Position numbers and translations under genes: made by a program
DNA from: Silvanigrellaceae bacterium
Lineage (GTDB): Bacteria; Bdellovibrionota_B; Oligoflexia; Silvanigrellales; Silvanigrellaceae
Length of the DNA: 26,542 bases
NCBI GenBank assembly: GCA_049423385.1
Contig: JBMSQQ010000049.1
Coordinates: forward strand, 1 to 26,542
Reading direction: 5' to 3'
Notes under the pieces: generated by a model
Databases searched by the model: none
Told to the model about the DNA's origin: nothing
Seen by the model: only the letters and a program-made list of their open reading frames with translations
In this document: positions 24,762-26,542 of the stretch, piece after piece
Layout of the letters: each line of letters begins with the position of its first letter
Position numbering within the stretch: position 1 is the stretch's first letter

Positions 24762-25706
24762 TCAAGCTGCTTTTTTCTCGCCAATCAAAAACTCAACATC
24801 TTCAGGTGGCAATCTTTCGCGAATTTTTTCGAGGAGCGCGCGGCGTTCCTCTTCGCTGTAGTTCAAAAGTTCAATCACCGGCTTGATGGCGCGAACCACC
24901 GGATAAATGTCAATCGAAGTCTGCAGACACCGTTTTCCGGTTGCAATATCTCCCTGAACGGCAGCAATTCTTGCAACAGACGCAAGTCGACTCGGATTGC
25001 CGGCTGCGAGGGTCTCTGCTGCGAGGATGCAGCGAGCGGCATCCAGAAGGCGTCCAGCAATCAAGTGCGCATCTCCGGCAAGAGTCATTGCACGCACGTT
25101 TTTGGGGTTTTTATCCAACAGGCGTGAAGCAAGATTCAGCGCCTTGTCGACATCGTTGTTCAACACCATGGAAGCCCGGGCTGATGCAATCACCAGCGGC
25201 TCCTGGTTGGGATATTCGCGCGCAAGTTTCTGCCAGACATCAAGATCGGTGGGAGACACGCAGCAGTCGCCCGAGGCAGCCAGATGCAAAAATTTGCGAA
25301 GTTCCTGGTCCAGGTTCAGGAATGTCTGAAGGGCAAGCGCCACCGAATAGCCCAATGTGGAGTGGGCGGTCTCGCCCTGAAATTCCTTGATCATTCCGAG
25401 ATCCTGCGCAAAGCAAATCGCCCGTTCGTTGTTGCCTCGATAAACAATGAACCGCGCAATGTGCCGGGTGCTGGGGGTTCTCACAAGCCTGTGGTGAAAC
25501 AGTCCCACTTCCTGGCGTTCGAACCCCTCCAGAACATGGATGAGCACTTCCGCTCCACAAGCTTCAAACGCCGCGGGAATTTCTGCGATGTCTTCGACGG
25601 CCAGTGGACGCAAAGATGCAGCTTTCAGCGCGCGAACGTACTGGTCCCGAAGGGGAGTCTTTTTGGCCAACAATATGACCGGCACTTGAGAGTTCAATGT
25701 CATCAT
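24762..25706 (-). CDS. Pseudo-receiver domain plus TPR protein
   Basis: AAGGAG SD; N-terminal beta/alpha REC-like pattern without acidic residues (ILLAKK, VLIHV); TPR-like KNPKNVRAMTLAGDAHLIAGRLLDA..NPSRLASVA. Confidence 0.6.
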   Translation of the reverse strand: MMTLNSQVPVILLAKKTPLRDQYVRALKAASLRPLAVEDIAEIPAAFEACGAEVLIHVLEGFERQEVGLFHHRLVRTPSTRHIARFIVYRGNNERAICFAQDLGMIKEFQGETAHSTLGYSVALALQTFLNLDQELRKFLHLAASGDCCVSPTDLDVWQKLAREYPNQEPLVIASARASMVLNNDVDKALNLASRLLDKNPKNVRAMTLAGDAHLIAGRLLDAARCILAAETLAAGNPSRLASVARIAAVQGDIATGKRCLQTSIDIYPVVRAIKPVIELLNYSEEERRALLEKIRERLPPEDVEFLIGEKKAA

Positions 25707-25891
25707 AAGCTCCTTCAAGCTCCAGACATATCGAGACTATCGGCATAAAGTTTAGGATAAAATAAATCAGGATTTCTTTTGGCTATAAATCCGTAATTAT
25801 TGGGGAAAATTTAAAAGACAGGATTTCAGGAATTTTTGGGGTCGATTGCCGAAATTAATCAAAGTCCGTCCAGGTTCCTCAGGGCATGCCA

Positions 25892-26542
25892 TCAAATCTT
25901 CAGCTGTCCCCACTCCACCGGCTGCTTATCCACAATTTTATCCACAATTCCTTTGAGCTCGTGTTGTGAAAATTCTCCATTGGAGGCGAGCAAGATGCGG
26001 CCGGTGAAGCCGAGGCGACGCAGTTCCGAAGCCAGCTCAATTCCAGTCATGCGGGCGTCGGCTGCAAAATAGTGGTCGGTGATGATGGTGTGGATTTTGT
26101 CGAGGGAAATTTGCGGTGATTGATTTGTTGGTTCGCTTCTCAAGGTCTGAAAGAAAGAATCGGGACCATCAAAGCAATTGATGTTCACCTGTGTTTTGAG
26201 CTTGGCTTCCCACACCCAGCGGACAAGGGGTGAATCGTCGAGAAACACGACCTGGGGCTTTTCCTGTGTGGCTGAAGCTGTGGGTTCTTCATTTTTCGAA
26301 TCCTCACTGCCTGAAACTGCGAGAGGTTCTTCTGCAGTAGTCATCAATTGAAAATCGGCCTGTTCCTCAACAGGTGACGCGGATTTGAGAGTCAGTTTGA
26401 ATTCAACTTTGCCGAGCGGAAACGAATCGCTCTTTTCGCTTGCGCAAACAACGCTGCCACCATGCTGGGTGACAATCTTCTTCACAATCGCCAAACCCAA
26501 TCCCGTTCCGCCAGTCTTGCCGCTGGTAAAGAACAGGTCGAA
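25892..26542 (-). CDS. Hybrid sensor histidine kinase/response regulator, C-terminal part (5'-truncated by window)
   Basis: Frame open to the window end: FDLFFTSGKTGGTGLGLAIVKKIVTQHGG (HATPase F/G2 boxes), then REC VFLDDS, IITDHYF, MTGIELA, LASN, KQP. Confidence 0.92.
   Translation of the reverse strand, partial: FDLFFTSGKTGGTGLGLAIVKKIVTQHGGSVVCASEKSDSFPLGKVEFKLTLKSASPVEEQADFQLMTTAEEPLAVSGSEDSKNEEPTASATQEKPQVVFLDDSPLVRWVWEAKLKTQVNINCFDGPDSFFQTLRSEPTNQSPQISLDKIHTIITDHYFAADARMTGIELASELRRLGFTGRILLASNGEFSQHELKGIVDKIVDKQPVEWGQLKI
25926..25946 (+). other. Two tandem perfect DnaA-box 9-mers inside the kinase CDS
   Basis: TTATCCACA at 25926-25934 and 25938-25946; antisense of the IVDK-IVDK codons. 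Function unproven. Confidence 0.3.

Noticed and set aside
25745..25946. Chromosomal oriC
   Set aside because: Only two boxes, both inside a CDS, and no dnaA/dnaN/gidA/parAB context; kept only as a low-interest finding.

Overview
Bacterial chromosomal window, gene-dense, with about 25 CDSs and no rRNA, tRNA, CRISPR array or mobile element that I can see. The gene content suggests a Bdellovibrionota/Oligoflexia-like diderm (inference). The left arm holds secreted and envelope proteins: a Pro-rich stalk plus beta-barrel, two small exported proteins, an HExxH peptidase, a tandem DUF1566/Lcl protein, a subtilase, a PQQ sugar dehydrogenase, a lipoprotein carrying a colicin M-like (lipid II-cleaving) motif set, an NMT1-type binding protein and msrC. 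The centre (about 9.7-19.8 kb) is the most interesting part: two convergent operons encode a flagellar-type MotA/MotB stator whose peptidoglycan-binding motifs are eroded, a FecR-like protein, a HAMP-PP2C phosphatase, a single-chain FliF(RBM3)-TM-FliG-like rotor protein, an outer-membrane barrel and a PEGA-TPR lipoprotein, with no rod, hook, export or switch genes. This is a candidate non-flagellar rotary machine. The right arm holds ampG, two alpha/beta hydrolases, a short CDF transporter, a pseudo-receiver/TPR protein and the end of a hybrid histidine kinase. All family calls come from motif recognition by eye; no searches were run.
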